DNA of 64,000 bases from the sequence record PP942979.1. The stretch is one strand, 5' to 3'. Of this stretch, positions 36,556-46,856 are shown piece after piece (the first letter of the stretch is position 1; each line of letters opens with the position of its first letter). The position numbers and the translations under genes are program-made. The notes beneath the pieces were generated by a model. That model had not been told where the DNA came from and ran no database searches. It saw only the letters and a program-made list of their open reading frames with translations.

Positions 36556-36600
36556 TCGGCTGAAATAACCATGCTGTCTAAAGTGCGTCTATGCTACAAT
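36556..36600 (+). promoter_or_regulatory. Conserved phage promoter P7 (variant box)
   Basis: CAAATAA-TCGGCTGAAAT box 39 bp before TG-C-TACAAT; -10 flanked by a 9-bp inverted repeat. Confidence 0.7.
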
Positions 36601-36632
36601 ATGCGTAGACGCACTAACAAAGAGAAAACGAT

Positions 36633-37337
36633 ATGAAGCCATTAAAACGAATCCCCCTGAGTTCCGATACAAACCTGTTTGCTATTAACGCCATAGTTCA
36701 TATGACCGCATTTCTATATCTGGACGTTACTGTGCATTCCGAACATTTCGGAGACAAAGAAATAATGCTACCAGTGAGGGTCAATCACAATGTGTCGCCC
36801 CATGAACGTCTGGCTGGTGTACAGTATGTCGCTTATATACCTGTGTTGGCGTGTCATCCGATATCCGACATCGAGTTCCATACAGAGCTTGGTTACACGG
36901 AAGTGAATGTCAAACACTTATCCATGGACTATACCAAATGCAGTCATTGGGTATACATCGGCCTTCTGCCTGACGTGGCTGAGTCTGATATGCGCGACAA
37001 GCGTTATGTCGCGCCTCTGCGTGTGTATACAGTTCCACATGAAATGGGTATGCCTGATATATACAAACGGCATATTGCTCGCGGTGCAGCGATACGTCCT
37101 GCCTATCTGCGCACTTCGGCTCTGGACAATATTGACAATGAAACCTGGGAACAACTGCGGGCTCGTCCAGATCGCGGTACCTCGTGGTCGGACTTCTTAG
37201 ACGCAATCACTAACGGACGTCTGACACCTAAAGACAATCTATCCGAATGTCTTGAAAGCATAGATCAGGAGTTCATGCCTGAGAGTGTAGTTAAACGTCT
37301 GCGTCAGGCTCAGGTTCAAAGACGCATGAGAGGTTAA
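36633..37337 (+). CDS. Hypothetical protein (234 aa)
   Basis: ORF downstream of P7. Confidence 0.7.
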   Translation: MKPLKRIPLSSDTNLFAINAIVHMTAFLYLDVTVHSEHFGDKEIMLPVRVNHNVSPHERLAGVQYVAYIPVLACHPISDIEFHTELGYTEVNVKHLSMDYTKCSHWVYIGLLPDVAESDMRDKRYVAPLRVYTVPHEMGMPDIYKRHIARGAAIRPAYLRTSALDNIDNETWEQLRARPDRGTSWSDFLDAITNGRLTPKDNLSECLESIDQEFMPESVVKRLRQAQVQRRMRG

Positions 37338-37339
37338 TC

Positions 37340-37570
37340 ATGATGCACGATATATACAAGGTGAGTGCTGTCCTGTTCTACCTGCTTGGCGCTATGGCTT
37401 TCCTTGCACATATCGTTGGCTTCGTGAAGAACTGGATGAAGATAAAAGAGATGCGGCAGAAAGCGCAGGCAAAGATTGCCAAAGTGAAAACGCCGCACGA
37501 ACTCATTAAACGCCGTCTGCGCAAAGCAGAAGAACGCGCACGGTACCGCCCACGTAAACTGAGAGACTGA
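37340..37570 (+). CDS. Small membrane-anchored basic protein
   Basis: GAGG RBS; N-terminal TM segment and basic helix. Confidence 0.65.
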   Translation: MMHDIYKVSAVLFYLLGAMAFLAHIVGFVKNWMKIKEMRQKAQAKIAKVKTPHELIKRRLRKAEERARYRPRKLRD

Positions 37571-37572
37571 CA

Positions 37573-37881
37573 ATGCCTACTATTACTCGTAACGACACAC
37601 TGGAAAAGAAAGTACAACGCGCACTGGAAATCTGCTGGAACGAAACAGTAAAGAACAATTCAGGGCCGACGACTTATGCTTTTCTCGCTTCTTCATTTGC
37701 TGCTGATGGTCGCAGCCTGTTCGAAAATGAATTGAAGATGATCGGCGTCATGCTGCGTGACGGTCTTAACATCAACCTGTATGGTCGCTATGCAGCAACT
37801 ACCTACACAAGCAACAAGGGAATCATGATCGCATTTCAGCCTGTTGCTGACCTCGAAGATATTGTGGAGATGACTCTATAA
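37573..37881 (+). CDS. Hypothetical protein (102 aa)
   Basis: ORF in array. Confidence 0.7.
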   Translation: MPTITRNDTLEKKVQRALEICWNETVKNNSGPTTYAFLASSFAADGRSLFENELKMIGVMLRDGLNINLYGRYAATTYTSNKGIMIAFQPVADLEDIVEMTL

Positions 37882-38429
37882 TGGAACAGATTGATTTGTT
37901 TGCTTGGCCTGATTGTGGGCGCACGATGTATGAGGCACACACGCTGCTGGAGCCAGCAGTTCGAACGCCTGATTTTGCAGTACGCCAGATGCGTTATACT
38001 CATGCGGCCTTCGGCAATAGCGGGGCAATTGGCGGGGCACTCTTTCCGCAGAAGCTGAACAAGAAGATTGTCAGCCTGCACGAATTTATCATCGGCCCAA
38101 GCCCTGCGTTTCAGCGTGAGATAACTGCTGGCTCTGGTGATGTAGCAAACATGATGGACCCGCAGTATCTGTACAACCTGTATCTGCATACAGAGACCGT
38201 TGCAATTCGTGTGTCTGAGTTCCATAACTTCACTGAACGGGGTCCGTTGTCTGCGCTGCACCTATTCACTGTGGCGACTATTTATGAGATGCGCCTGATC
38301 GTTTACTTTGCAGATGACGGCATCGAAACTGATCGTGACCGTGAAGATTGGTTGCAGAGCATTCGTGGTTACTTCTCGAACCGCAGCAAGTTCCGTATCA
38401 AAGCAGAAAAAACTTTATTCACTAAATAA
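37881..38429 (+). CDS. Hypothetical protein (182 aa)
   Basis: TAATG coupling. Confidence 0.7.
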   Translation: MEQIDLFAWPDCGRTMYEAHTLLEPAVRTPDFAVRQMRYTHAAFGNSGAIGGALFPQKLNKKIVSLHEFIIGPSPAFQREITAGSGDVANMMDPQYLYNLYLHTETVAIRVSEFHNFTERGPLSALHLFTVATIYEMRLIVYFADDGIETDRDREDWLQSIRGYFSNRSKFRIKAEKTLFTK

Positions 38430-38465
38430 CCGCAGCGCTTACGGGCGTCGCACAGGAGAAACATT

Positions 38466-39722
38466 ATGTCATTCGATATGCGCCAGAACGTACTCATGGT
38501 TCGCTCTTTGATTAACGGCCAACCGTTCTATTATTTCTACAACGCAGAAGGCCTGGAGTTCAGCCTGTCTGGTTACCAGCTTAAAGAGATTTATGATCGT
38601 CACTTTGATGGTCGTATGTCTGCTGTCACTACTTACTGGGGCTTCACAAACAAGCCGAACTATGAGTCTTTCGAGTTTGCGGATAACGGTGACTTGTTGT
38701 GGCATGTTTCTCTGAATGCTGTGTGTCACACGTATCTGCCTCTTGAGATGGTTATCGGTCATGAAGGCTTCAACGTGATTAACGGATTCATGATCGAAGA
38801 TCACAAACGCATGGTGATGAAGATTCATCAAAAGGCAGTGGGTCGTAGCGTTGAAAAACTTACATGGTTCCATGATATGTCCGAAGAGCGTATGCGTGAA
38901 ATGCTGAATGCTCTTGGTCACGGTCCGCTGCGTATTGAACGTGCTGATCGTGAAGAACTGATTAAGATTCATCGGGACTGGCAGCGTAAGCACGACGAAG
39001 AATTTAAATACACGCACAACGCCTGTGGTATTGATCCGGAAGACAAACTCCCTGCTGACCTGTACGACGATCACGGCAAGTGGTTGCGCCAGCGGCACAT
39101 GGCAAAAGGCAAAACGCTTGAGATGATGGCCAGCGAACTTGCGAACATCGTCCGCATCTTTGACCTGTACATCGGCGATGATGACTTTGACCACATGAAT
39201 CCGGATTGGGACGAAGGTCTGCGTCGTGTTGCTCAAGCATTCATCTACGGGCCTAACGCCAAAGAGCGTTTCGATGAAGTGAAGTATAATCCTCAATTCG
39301 TTGTCAATGGTATCTATGCGTTGGCGAAAGACTTGAACTGGATTCATGTTAACGAAGAATCTCAGGACTATAAAGAGTCGTTGATTCGTCGCCTGATGCA
39401 AGAACTGAAAAACGAAGTAGAACGGCCGGACGGGGTGTTCGTTCTTGAAGACGGTGTAGTAATGTTGAAAGCTGCCTTGGCAGTAGCGAACGCAGAAGAG
39501 GAAGAAGAAGAAGAGGACGATGATTCTTCCGCTCGCGCAGAAGTGCGTACCTACCTCGAAGGTCTCAGTGAAGAAAAGCTGCGTACAGTAGCAATTGATC
39601 ACAAGCTGGCCAAGAAAATGAAGATTGCCAAGATGGCCAAGAGCGAGCTGGTGGACTTGTGTGCTGACTATTTCGGCTCAGACTTTCCTGAGGACGAAGA
39701 AGAGGAAGAAGAACACGAATAG
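38466..39722 (+). CDS. Hypothetical protein with acidic tracts and a C-terminal shared two-helix module
   Basis: AGGAG RBS; LSEEKLRTVAIDHKLAKKMKIAKMAKSELVDLCADYF is homologous to modules in 43057 and 52837. Confidence 0.8.
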   Translation: MSFDMRQNVLMVRSLINGQPFYYFYNAEGLEFSLSGYQLKEIYDRHFDGRMSAVTTYWGFTNKPNYESFEFADNGDLLWHVSLNAVCHTYLPLEMVIGHEGFNVINGFMIEDHKRMVMKIHQKAVGRSVEKLTWFHDMSEERMREMLNALGHGPLRIERADREELIKIHRDWQRKHDEEFKYTHNACGIDPEDKLPADLYDDHGKWLRQRHMAKGKTLEMMASELANIVRIFDLYIGDDDFDHMNPDWDEGLRRVAQAFIYGPNAKERFDEVKYNPQFVVNGIYALAKDLNWIHVNEESQDYKESLIRRLMQELKNEVERPDGVFVLEDGVVMLKAALAVANAEEEEEEEDDDSSARAEVRTYLEGLSEEKLRTVAIDHKLAKKMKIAKMAKSELVDLCADYFGSDFPEDEEEEEEHE

Positions 39723-39791
39723 CCTGAAAGAACTAATTAAACACGCAACACTTTAATCTTCCAATCATACCTAACATTGTAGGGAACAAAA

Positions 39792-40214
39792 ATGAAATTC
39801 GAACAAAACATTCTGGTAGTAAATCGCATCGCTCTTATCATGAACGACGAACTGGTGCAGAAGTGGGGTGATGCAGCAAACGCTGATCGTAATGCTACAG
39901 CGTATGCAACTGCAATCATTCTCGCCAAACTTCAACAGCGCGTGTCCGTCGCTCTGCATACCGAGAATCCTGAGGCGTGTGCTCGTCCTGAATTGCTCTG
40001 GACAGACTACGGTTCTATTTCGGTAAGCGGCCTGTTTATCATCGCCTCTACTTCGGATAAAGAGGTGCTCAATCACTACGAAGACCATGACTATCTTAAT
40101 CATCTGCACACAATCAAACGTGTAGCGGAAGAGAACGGATTTAAGTTAACGGTCGTTCCTGTGAAAGCGAACTTCCCGTTCTCTAATACTGAAATCCCTG
40201 CCAGTATGAAGTGA
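39792..40214 (+). CDS. Hypothetical protein (140 aa)
   Basis: AGGGA RBS. Confidence 0.7.
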   Translation: MKFEQNILVVNRIALIMNDELVQKWGDAANADRNATAYATAIILAKLQQRVSVALHTENPEACARPELLWTDYGSISVSGLFIIASTSDKEVLNHYEDHDYLNHLHTIKRVAEENGFKLTVVPVKANFPFSNTEIPASMK

Positions 40215-40222
40215 GGTGATCT

Positions 40223-40522
40223 ATGAAGCGTGAACACATTCCGATGATCGATGCCGCTATCGTTTTAACGATGGAAGAAAGTCGTAGCTTTATGGGTCAA
40301 CGCCCTGATGGCTTTGTCTATCTGCCGAGCAAGGAAGCACTGGAGAAGTTCGAAGCGCATATTCAGAAGCACCGAAGCTATGACAGCTACAGCACTATCC
40401 TGCACCGCGAGCTTCACGCTATCAGCGCTGAGGGCGTCGATGCGCTTACTGCTGATATTGAGCGCGATTCAAGCAAGCCCTGGATGTGGTCAGACGTAGA
40501 CTACCGTATCAAGCTGTGGTAA
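40223..40522 (+). CDS. Hypothetical protein (99 aa)
   Basis: GAGGTG RBS. Confidence 0.7.
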   Translation: MKREHIPMIDAAIVLTMEESRSFMGQRPDGFVYLPSKEALEKFEAHIQKHRSYDSYSTILHRELHAISAEGVDALTADIERDSSKPWMWSDVDYRIKLW

Positions 40523-40530
40523 GCAAATAA

Positions 40531-40575
40531 CTGGTCAAAATGACGGTAGTATCTGAAACCGCATTATGATATACT
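40531..40575 (+). promoter_or_regulatory. Conserved phage promoter P8
   Basis: GCAAATAA-CTGGTCAAAAT box 39 bp before TG-A-TATACT. Confidence 0.8.
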
Positions 40576-40628
40576 AGAAGCGTAGCGACTGCTGCGCTTT
40601 TTTAACTTATGTCTGAGGAGACAACAAA

Positions 40629-41093
40629 ATGCTGCAAGAAACTCAAGCCACCCTGTCCGATATCGAACTGCAAGACCGCATGGTAGATGCTGCCGCCCAG
40701 AAACTTATCGAACTGAAACCTGAGTGGGTTGACGTTTGCGCTGCGGCACTTCGTTTATATCTGACCGTGTGCGAACAACTCGGCGGTGAAATTCCTGAAC
40801 TGCGTTTTGTTCACAACTGCCGTCCGACTCGTTTGCAGTTCCGTCTGGCGGAAAGTGTTGAGGGTGAGGAGTTCGTTGCCAACGAACTCAACAAAGAACA
40901 CCAGATGGCTATGGCCGAAGCAATTCTCGATGTTGCCGAAGCAAACGAAGATGGCCACTCGCTGATGGATTTAGCTATCTCCTCTGGTCGTCTGTTCATG
41001 ATTGGTTACGACGGGCTTGCAGGTACGCTTGATAAGATTTGCTTCCGTAGTCATAAAAAGAACTACACCATGAATCTGGTTAAAGAGGCTTAA
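40629..41093 (+). CDS. Hypothetical protein (154 aa)
   Basis: GAGGAG RBS. Confidence 0.75.
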   Translation: MLQETQATLSDIELQDRMVDAAAQKLIELKPEWVDVCAAALRLYLTVCEQLGGEIPELRFVHNCRPTRLQFRLAESVEGEEFVANELNKEHQMAMAEAILDVAEANEDGHSLMDLAISSGRLFMIGYDGLAGTLDKICFRSHKKNYTMNLVKEA

Positions 41094-41094
41094 C

Positions 41095-41751
41095 ATGAAA
41101 CAGGAATACACTCTGCTTAAACGAAGCAAAGTTGATGTTAATCGTTTTGCTTTCGTGTGTGATGGCGAGGTGGTAGCCAACTTTACTGCTGGCCAGTTGT
41201 TCGTGACAATGCAAAAACTCAAACACGCCGACGCTATTAAAAACGTCGATGTGCTCTGGCGTGACGGTACGCGCACAGTTGAAGAACTGCGTGTGGTTGA
41301 GCAACGACGATTTATTCAATTCGATATGCTCGAATATGAGCATTCGATTTGCTTGCTGATGCGAGCACAGGGGCTGCCTGTTGAGTTGTCCGTTCCTGTT
41401 GACGTGCGCAAGCTGTTTGATAAGCATGGACCGTTTATCACAGAAATTCGTGTGCCGTCAGAACTCGTTGCTGATCTGCATCCTGCTTTAGAGCGCTTCA
41501 CTCCAGACGAAGACGACGATATGGATGAAGACTTTGATGAAGACGACGAAGCGGAGGATATGGATGACACTGACTTTGGCTTCCGTCCAGAAGACATTCG
41601 CCAGCAGTTAGGTGATTTTAACTATCGCTCACCGGATTGGGTTGTTACTATGACTGATGTTCAGGTGGATGAAGTAAATCATCTTGAAGTCGGCATCGAC
41701 CCTGACATTGAACTTCCTCGTGCGGCTGACGCGAAGGACGAATTTTTCTAA
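41095..41751 (+). CDS. Hypothetical protein with an acidic tract
   Basis: GAGG RBS. Confidence 0.75.
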   Translation: MKQEYTLLKRSKVDVNRFAFVCDGEVVANFTAGQLFVTMQKLKHADAIKNVDVLWRDGTRTVEELRVVEQRRFIQFDMLEYEHSICLLMRAQGLPVELSVPVDVRKLFDKHGPFITEIRVPSELVADLHPALERFTPDEDDDMDEDFDEDDEAEDMDDTDFGFRPEDIRQQLGDFNYRSPDWVVTMTDVQVDEVNHLEVGIDPDIELPRAADAKDEFF

Positions 41752-41942
41752 TGAAAAGTACAAACGATTTGGTCAAAGAGTTACGCAGACACGGCCAGCT
41801 TACTATTGACGAGCGCGAGAAGCACTTGCTGCCAGATTTGACGTTCACGCTTGATTGCCTGTGTATCACATACAAGAAGCGGGAAGTAGAGACTACCAAG
41901 CGTGGTCGTGTCATAACAATAAAATTGACCACCGTTCATTAA
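41751..41942 (+). CDS. Hypothetical protein (63 aa)
   Basis: TAATG coupling. Confidence 0.55.
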   Translation: MKSTNDLVKELRRHGQLTIDEREKHLLPDLTFTLDCLCITYKKREVETTKRGRVITIKLTTVH

Positions 41943-42087
41943 CAATCCAGAGTTTGGCTCGCCCGTCCAGAAATGCTCAATTCCCCAAGTGAGGTGCTTC
42001 GCGCAGAAGCATGACGGTGCGGGTCCTTTTTGAAGCGTACTAATCGAGTGTGTTTCACAAAGAACCCAAAACAAACAGGAGGCTGTT

Positions 42088-42480
42088 ATGAAGTTTAACG
42101 ATGTGAGTAAAGATGCTCAGGTCATTCTTATGGGCGCTGCACTTGCTGGCGTGATCGAAACGTTCGGACGTGACGCCGAAGATGAAGGCAAGCAGTTGAT
42201 TGAAACTGCGTTGCGCCAAGTCGGTTTGACGTTCGACGAGTTCCGCGTCCTGATGACCGAAATCGCACCTGAAGTTGAAGCGGAAGTTGCGTCTGTCCAG
42301 ACAGTAGTTGCTGATCCGGACGATGACTTCGAGGACGAACAACTGGACACAATGGAAGAACGTCCAGGCAATCTGAACGATGATGGGCGCACTGATGAAA
42401 ATGGCTGGCAAGATCTTGACGAAGATACTGTGTGCCAGATGTGCGGCAAAGAACACTGCGAATGCAATCGCATAGGGTGA
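42088..42480 (+). CDS. Acidic hypothetical protein with a C-terminal CQMC..HCEC motif
   Basis: AGGAGG RBS. Confidence 0.75.
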   Translation: MKFNDVSKDAQVILMGAALAGVIETFGRDAEDEGKQLIETALRQVGLTFDEFRVLMTEIAPEVEAEVASVQTVVADPDDDFEDEQLDTMEERPGNLNDDGRTDENGWQDLDEDTVCQMCGKEHCECNRIG

Positions 42481-42484
42481 TCAA

Positions 42485-42697
42485 ATGAGCCGACGCCCAA
42501 CGCAAGATGAAGTGAACGGCCAGATAGCTGCCTCAGAAGAACAACGCTATAGCGAGCGTGAGGCTCAATATGCTGATTGGTCAGATGACGATTTACGCAA
42601 TGCGCTGTTAGAGAACGGTCTAGTCTTTGATGACGACGACTTGGACGACTACAGCCGACAAGACTGTCTCAGACTGCTTATGGGCAGTGGCTACTAA
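42485..42697 (+). CDS. Small acidic protein with a HeH-like module
   Basis: WSDDDLRNALLENGLVFDDDDLDDYSRQDCLRLLM. Confidence 0.65.
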   Translation: MSRRPTQDEVNGQIAASEEQRYSEREAQYADWSDDDLRNALLENGLVFDDDDLDDYSRQDCLRLLMGSGY

Positions 42698-42705
42698 GCA
42701 AAAAT

Positions 42706-42750
42706 CTGGACAAAATGACGGTTGTCTCAAAACAGCGTCCGTGTTAGAAT
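42706..42750 (+). promoter_or_regulatory. Conserved phage promoter P9
   Basis: CTGGACAAAAT box, TTGTCT -35, 17-bp spacer, TG-T-TAGAAT. Confidence 0.8.
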
Positions 42751-42756
42751 ATAGAT

Positions 42757-42867
42757 GTAGGGCGCATATCGTGAGGAGTGCGCTCTATATGCGAATGACG
42801 CGATTCGCAGTACGAGAGAAGTTCTTGACCGTGTGTTTTCGTTTTTCCCGGACACACGGTCCTTTTT
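42757..42867 (+). ncRNA. Candidate small RNA (about 110 nt) between P9 and an intrinsic terminator
   Basis: Hairpins TAGGGCGCA/TGCGCTCTA and GCGAAT/ATTCGC, terminator GACCGTGTGT/ACACACGGTC with a T run; no normal-sized gene in the unit. Confidence 0.5.
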
Positions 42868-42951
42868 CAAGTGCCTTCGAAGTTTGAGGGTGCTTGCGAA
42901 AGGGTAGATACTCTTTGAACACTGCCAGCTATCTGGGAAGTATGCAGAAAA

Positions 42952-42997
42952 CTGGACAAAATCGTGGTTGTTATCTGACGGCCACCTGAGCTATACT
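42952..42997 (+). promoter_or_regulatory. Conserved phage promoter P10
   Basis: CTGGACAAAAT box, TTGTTA, then TATACT at +40; followed by a GACGC/GCGTC hairpin. Confidence 0.75.
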
Positions 42998-43056
42998 ATA
43001 TGCAGACGCATTGAGCGTCGCAAACAACATATCACTTATACTGAGGAGTATTAAAC

Positions 43057-44664
<1,608 letters not shown>

Positions 44665-44752
44665 GTTCGACCTGTAATACAAAACACTGATGATAGATGC
44701 GGTTCAGACAGAGCCGCATCTCTGACAACTAAGCTGATTGAGGAATCACACT

Positions 44753-46018
44753 ATGTCAAACGCAAACAAAATCCTGTTAAACGCTCGTGTTCGTCGTCTG
44801 GACGGTACTGTAACTTTCATCAACAAAGTAAACGCGAACGGATATAGCACCGACGCGAAGGGACCTCAGATCCCGGTCAAGCGTCTCGTAGTCGCAGGCA
44901 AAACTCTGAAAGAGATTGAGTCGCCGTTCTCGAAAGAGGAGCACGTAATCGTGCAGGGCGTATCAGTCAAACTGAATAAGCGCCAGCAGCGTGAACTTGC
45001 TGATGGCTCGCTCGATGTTAAGTCTTTGAACCCTGACTTTGGTAAGCTGGTCTTCATCGACCCTGAAACAGGCAAAGCGACTGACGGGAAAGCCGTGAAG
45101 TCGAAAGCGAAAGCGAAAGATAAAGACGGTGTGAAAGCGGGTGTGAAAGCTACTCGCCAGCGCAACAAAGATACGCGCACTAAGAAAGAACGTAAGGCAG
45201 AAGTCGCTGCGTCAAATGACGAGCTGGACATGTTGCCGTCTGATAAGATTGATCGTAAAGCAGAGCTGGCCGGTATCATCGACGCGACTGTGGCTGATGC
45301 GACAACCAAAGAACGTCGCAAGCTGTTGTCCGAAGCGTTCGATATGGACTGGAAAGATGTGAAGAAGCATGGCGGTAAAGGCGTCATCAAACATCTGGGC
45401 CGCAAAGCCGCGCAGTCTGCTGTGAATAAACTGAATGCTACCGTAACGCAGGATGCTTTCATTAAGCAGATGCCTGTTGCGTTGAAGCGTCTGATTCAGG
45501 ACGGTACGTTGACGCTTAACAGAGCGCAGATTGAGCGCGTACTGAGTGCGCTTGACCTCGACGTGAAGTTCTACAACATTGCTATGCAGACACTGTTGGG
45601 CAATCTCAAGCTGTCACTCGACCAGTCTGTCGCTGAGCCGAAAGCTGGTAAGAAAGTGAAGAAGGTGAAGAAAGCAAAAGCTACTTACGCCTCAGAGAAA
45701 GAGCAAAAGCGCCGTGTTAAGAAAATGAAACACTCGCTGATTGCTCCGCCGAAGAAAATGCTGAAAGAAGCGAAGGCCCATATGAAAGCTGCCAAAGCGG
45801 CTATCGCACAAAAGCTGGGTATCTCTTCGAAAGAAGTTCAGCGGGGTCTGCTGGTGTATCGTGCGAACGGCGATGAACTGATGTTTGTTGCCTGTGATAT
45901 GACGGGCCCTGTGTTCATCGGCAACGACGGTGAAGTGGCAGTGATTGCCTACGCAAACGTAGAGACTGCCTTCGACTTCACTCTGAGCAAAACCTCTGAA
46001 CTGGACGCCACTGTATGA
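44753..46018 (+). CDS. Lys-rich multi-module protein, paralogous to 43057
   Basis: GAGG RBS; N-terminal LDGT..I....NGY...KEIE and C-terminal AIAQKLG..G...CD.TG match domains of 43057. Confidence 0.85.
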   Translation: MSNANKILLNARVRRLDGTVTFINKVNANGYSTDAKGPQIPVKRLVVAGKTLKEIESPFSKEEHVIVQGVSVKLNKRQQRELADGSLDVKSLNPDFGKLVFIDPETGKATDGKAVKSKAKAKDKDGVKAGVKATRQRNKDTRTKKERKAEVAASNDELDMLPSDKIDRKAELAGIIDATVADATTKERRKLLSEAFDMDWKDVKKHGGKGVIKHLGRKAAQSAVNKLNATVTQDAFIKQMPVALKRLIQDGTLTLNRAQIERVLSALDLDVKFYNIAMQTLLGNLKLSLDQSVAEPKAGKKVKKVKKAKATYASEKEQKRRVKKMKHSLIAPPKKMLKEAKAHMKAAKAAIAQKLGISSKEVQRGLLVYRANGDELMFVACDMTGPVFIGNDGEVAVIAYANVETAFDFTLSKTSELDATV

Positions 46019-46398
46019 CAAACAATGAAATTCTTTTGTCAGGTATGTTTGCTCAACTGTATGCGCGGCTGATGACGGCCGCTGTATTGAAAACCCACGT
46101 GTACTACTCTGACTTGGCGCCGATTGTGTTCGGCGTCCAACTGTCGGTGATTAGCAGTGCGCAGTACGATGCTCTGTGGTCGCTTGTAAAAGAAACCATG
46201 AGCGTCGATATAGCTCACGGCAGGCCACCGCTTGCTGCGTTGTATGTATCAAGGGCATCTGATAGCAAGCTGCCTGCTAAGAAGTTCTTTCGTGAGTACC
46301 ACAAGCTCACGGGCAAGAATTTGTCAGAAGCTGAATGGCAAGCACTCGTCGAAAATGTGTGGGAACACTATCAACCAAATCTTCGGGGTCTTGTATGA
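46015..46398 (+). CDS. Hypothetical protein, possible winged-helix (YYSDLA...RPPLAALYVS)
   Basis: ATGA coupling. Confidence 0.65.
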   Translation: MTNNEILLSGMFAQLYARLMTAAVLKTHVYYSDLAPIVFGVQLSVISSAQYDALWSLVKETMSVDIAHGRPPLAALYVSRASDSKLPAKKFFREYHKLTGKNLSEAEWQALVENVWEHYQPNLRGLV

Positions 46399-46856
46399 AA
46401 AAGTCAAAGGTCACAATCAGTCGGGGAGGCTACAAACCCTCCTCGCAAGAAGAGGCACAAAAGCTGGTGGCCGAGTTCATTCTTGGTACCATCGGTATCA
46501 ACCCTACTGTTATCAGTCAGCAAATGCTGTTGAACGTTGCGAACTATAACTACCTGACTTCTATCGCCGACACTGGAAAAGCTAATCAAGCGAACCAGAG
46601 CGCATTGCATAAAACTGTAAAAGAACTTAATGCGTTCTGTAGATTGCACAAGATCTCGCTGGGATTACTAATTATGCCGCATACGTCTGCCAGCGATTAT
46701 GCTGGTGACGAGGTTGTAGCGATTCCGTGGGAGCATGTGCAGAAAAACGCATTGAGCCAGTCGGCCATCACATCTCTGTTTGAAACAGTTGAAGCTGATG
46801 GTTATCCGCAGTTTGTGACTGATGCGAAAACAGTAGAGGGATACAATGTTCTATGA
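46395..46856 (+). CDS. Hypothetical protein
   Basis: ATGA coupling. Confidence 0.65.
   Translation: MKKSKVTISRGGYKPSSQEEAQKLVAEFILGTIGINPTVISQQMLLNVANYNYLTSIADTGKANQANQSALHKTVKELNAFCRLHKISLGLLIMPHTSASDYAGDEVVAIPWEHVQKNALSQSAITSLFETVEADGYPQFVTDAKTVEGYNVL

Noticed and set aside
38469-39602. 377-aa minus-strand ORF (and similar ones at 30426-31289, 31944-32900, 7125-7895)
   Set aside because: Same-register shadows of + strand genes that have RBSs and coupling.
42757-42935. Possible tRNA or tmRNA in the structured intergenic region
   Set aside because: No cloverleaf, T-loop GTTCRA or CCA end found. No tRNA was recognised anywhere in the window.
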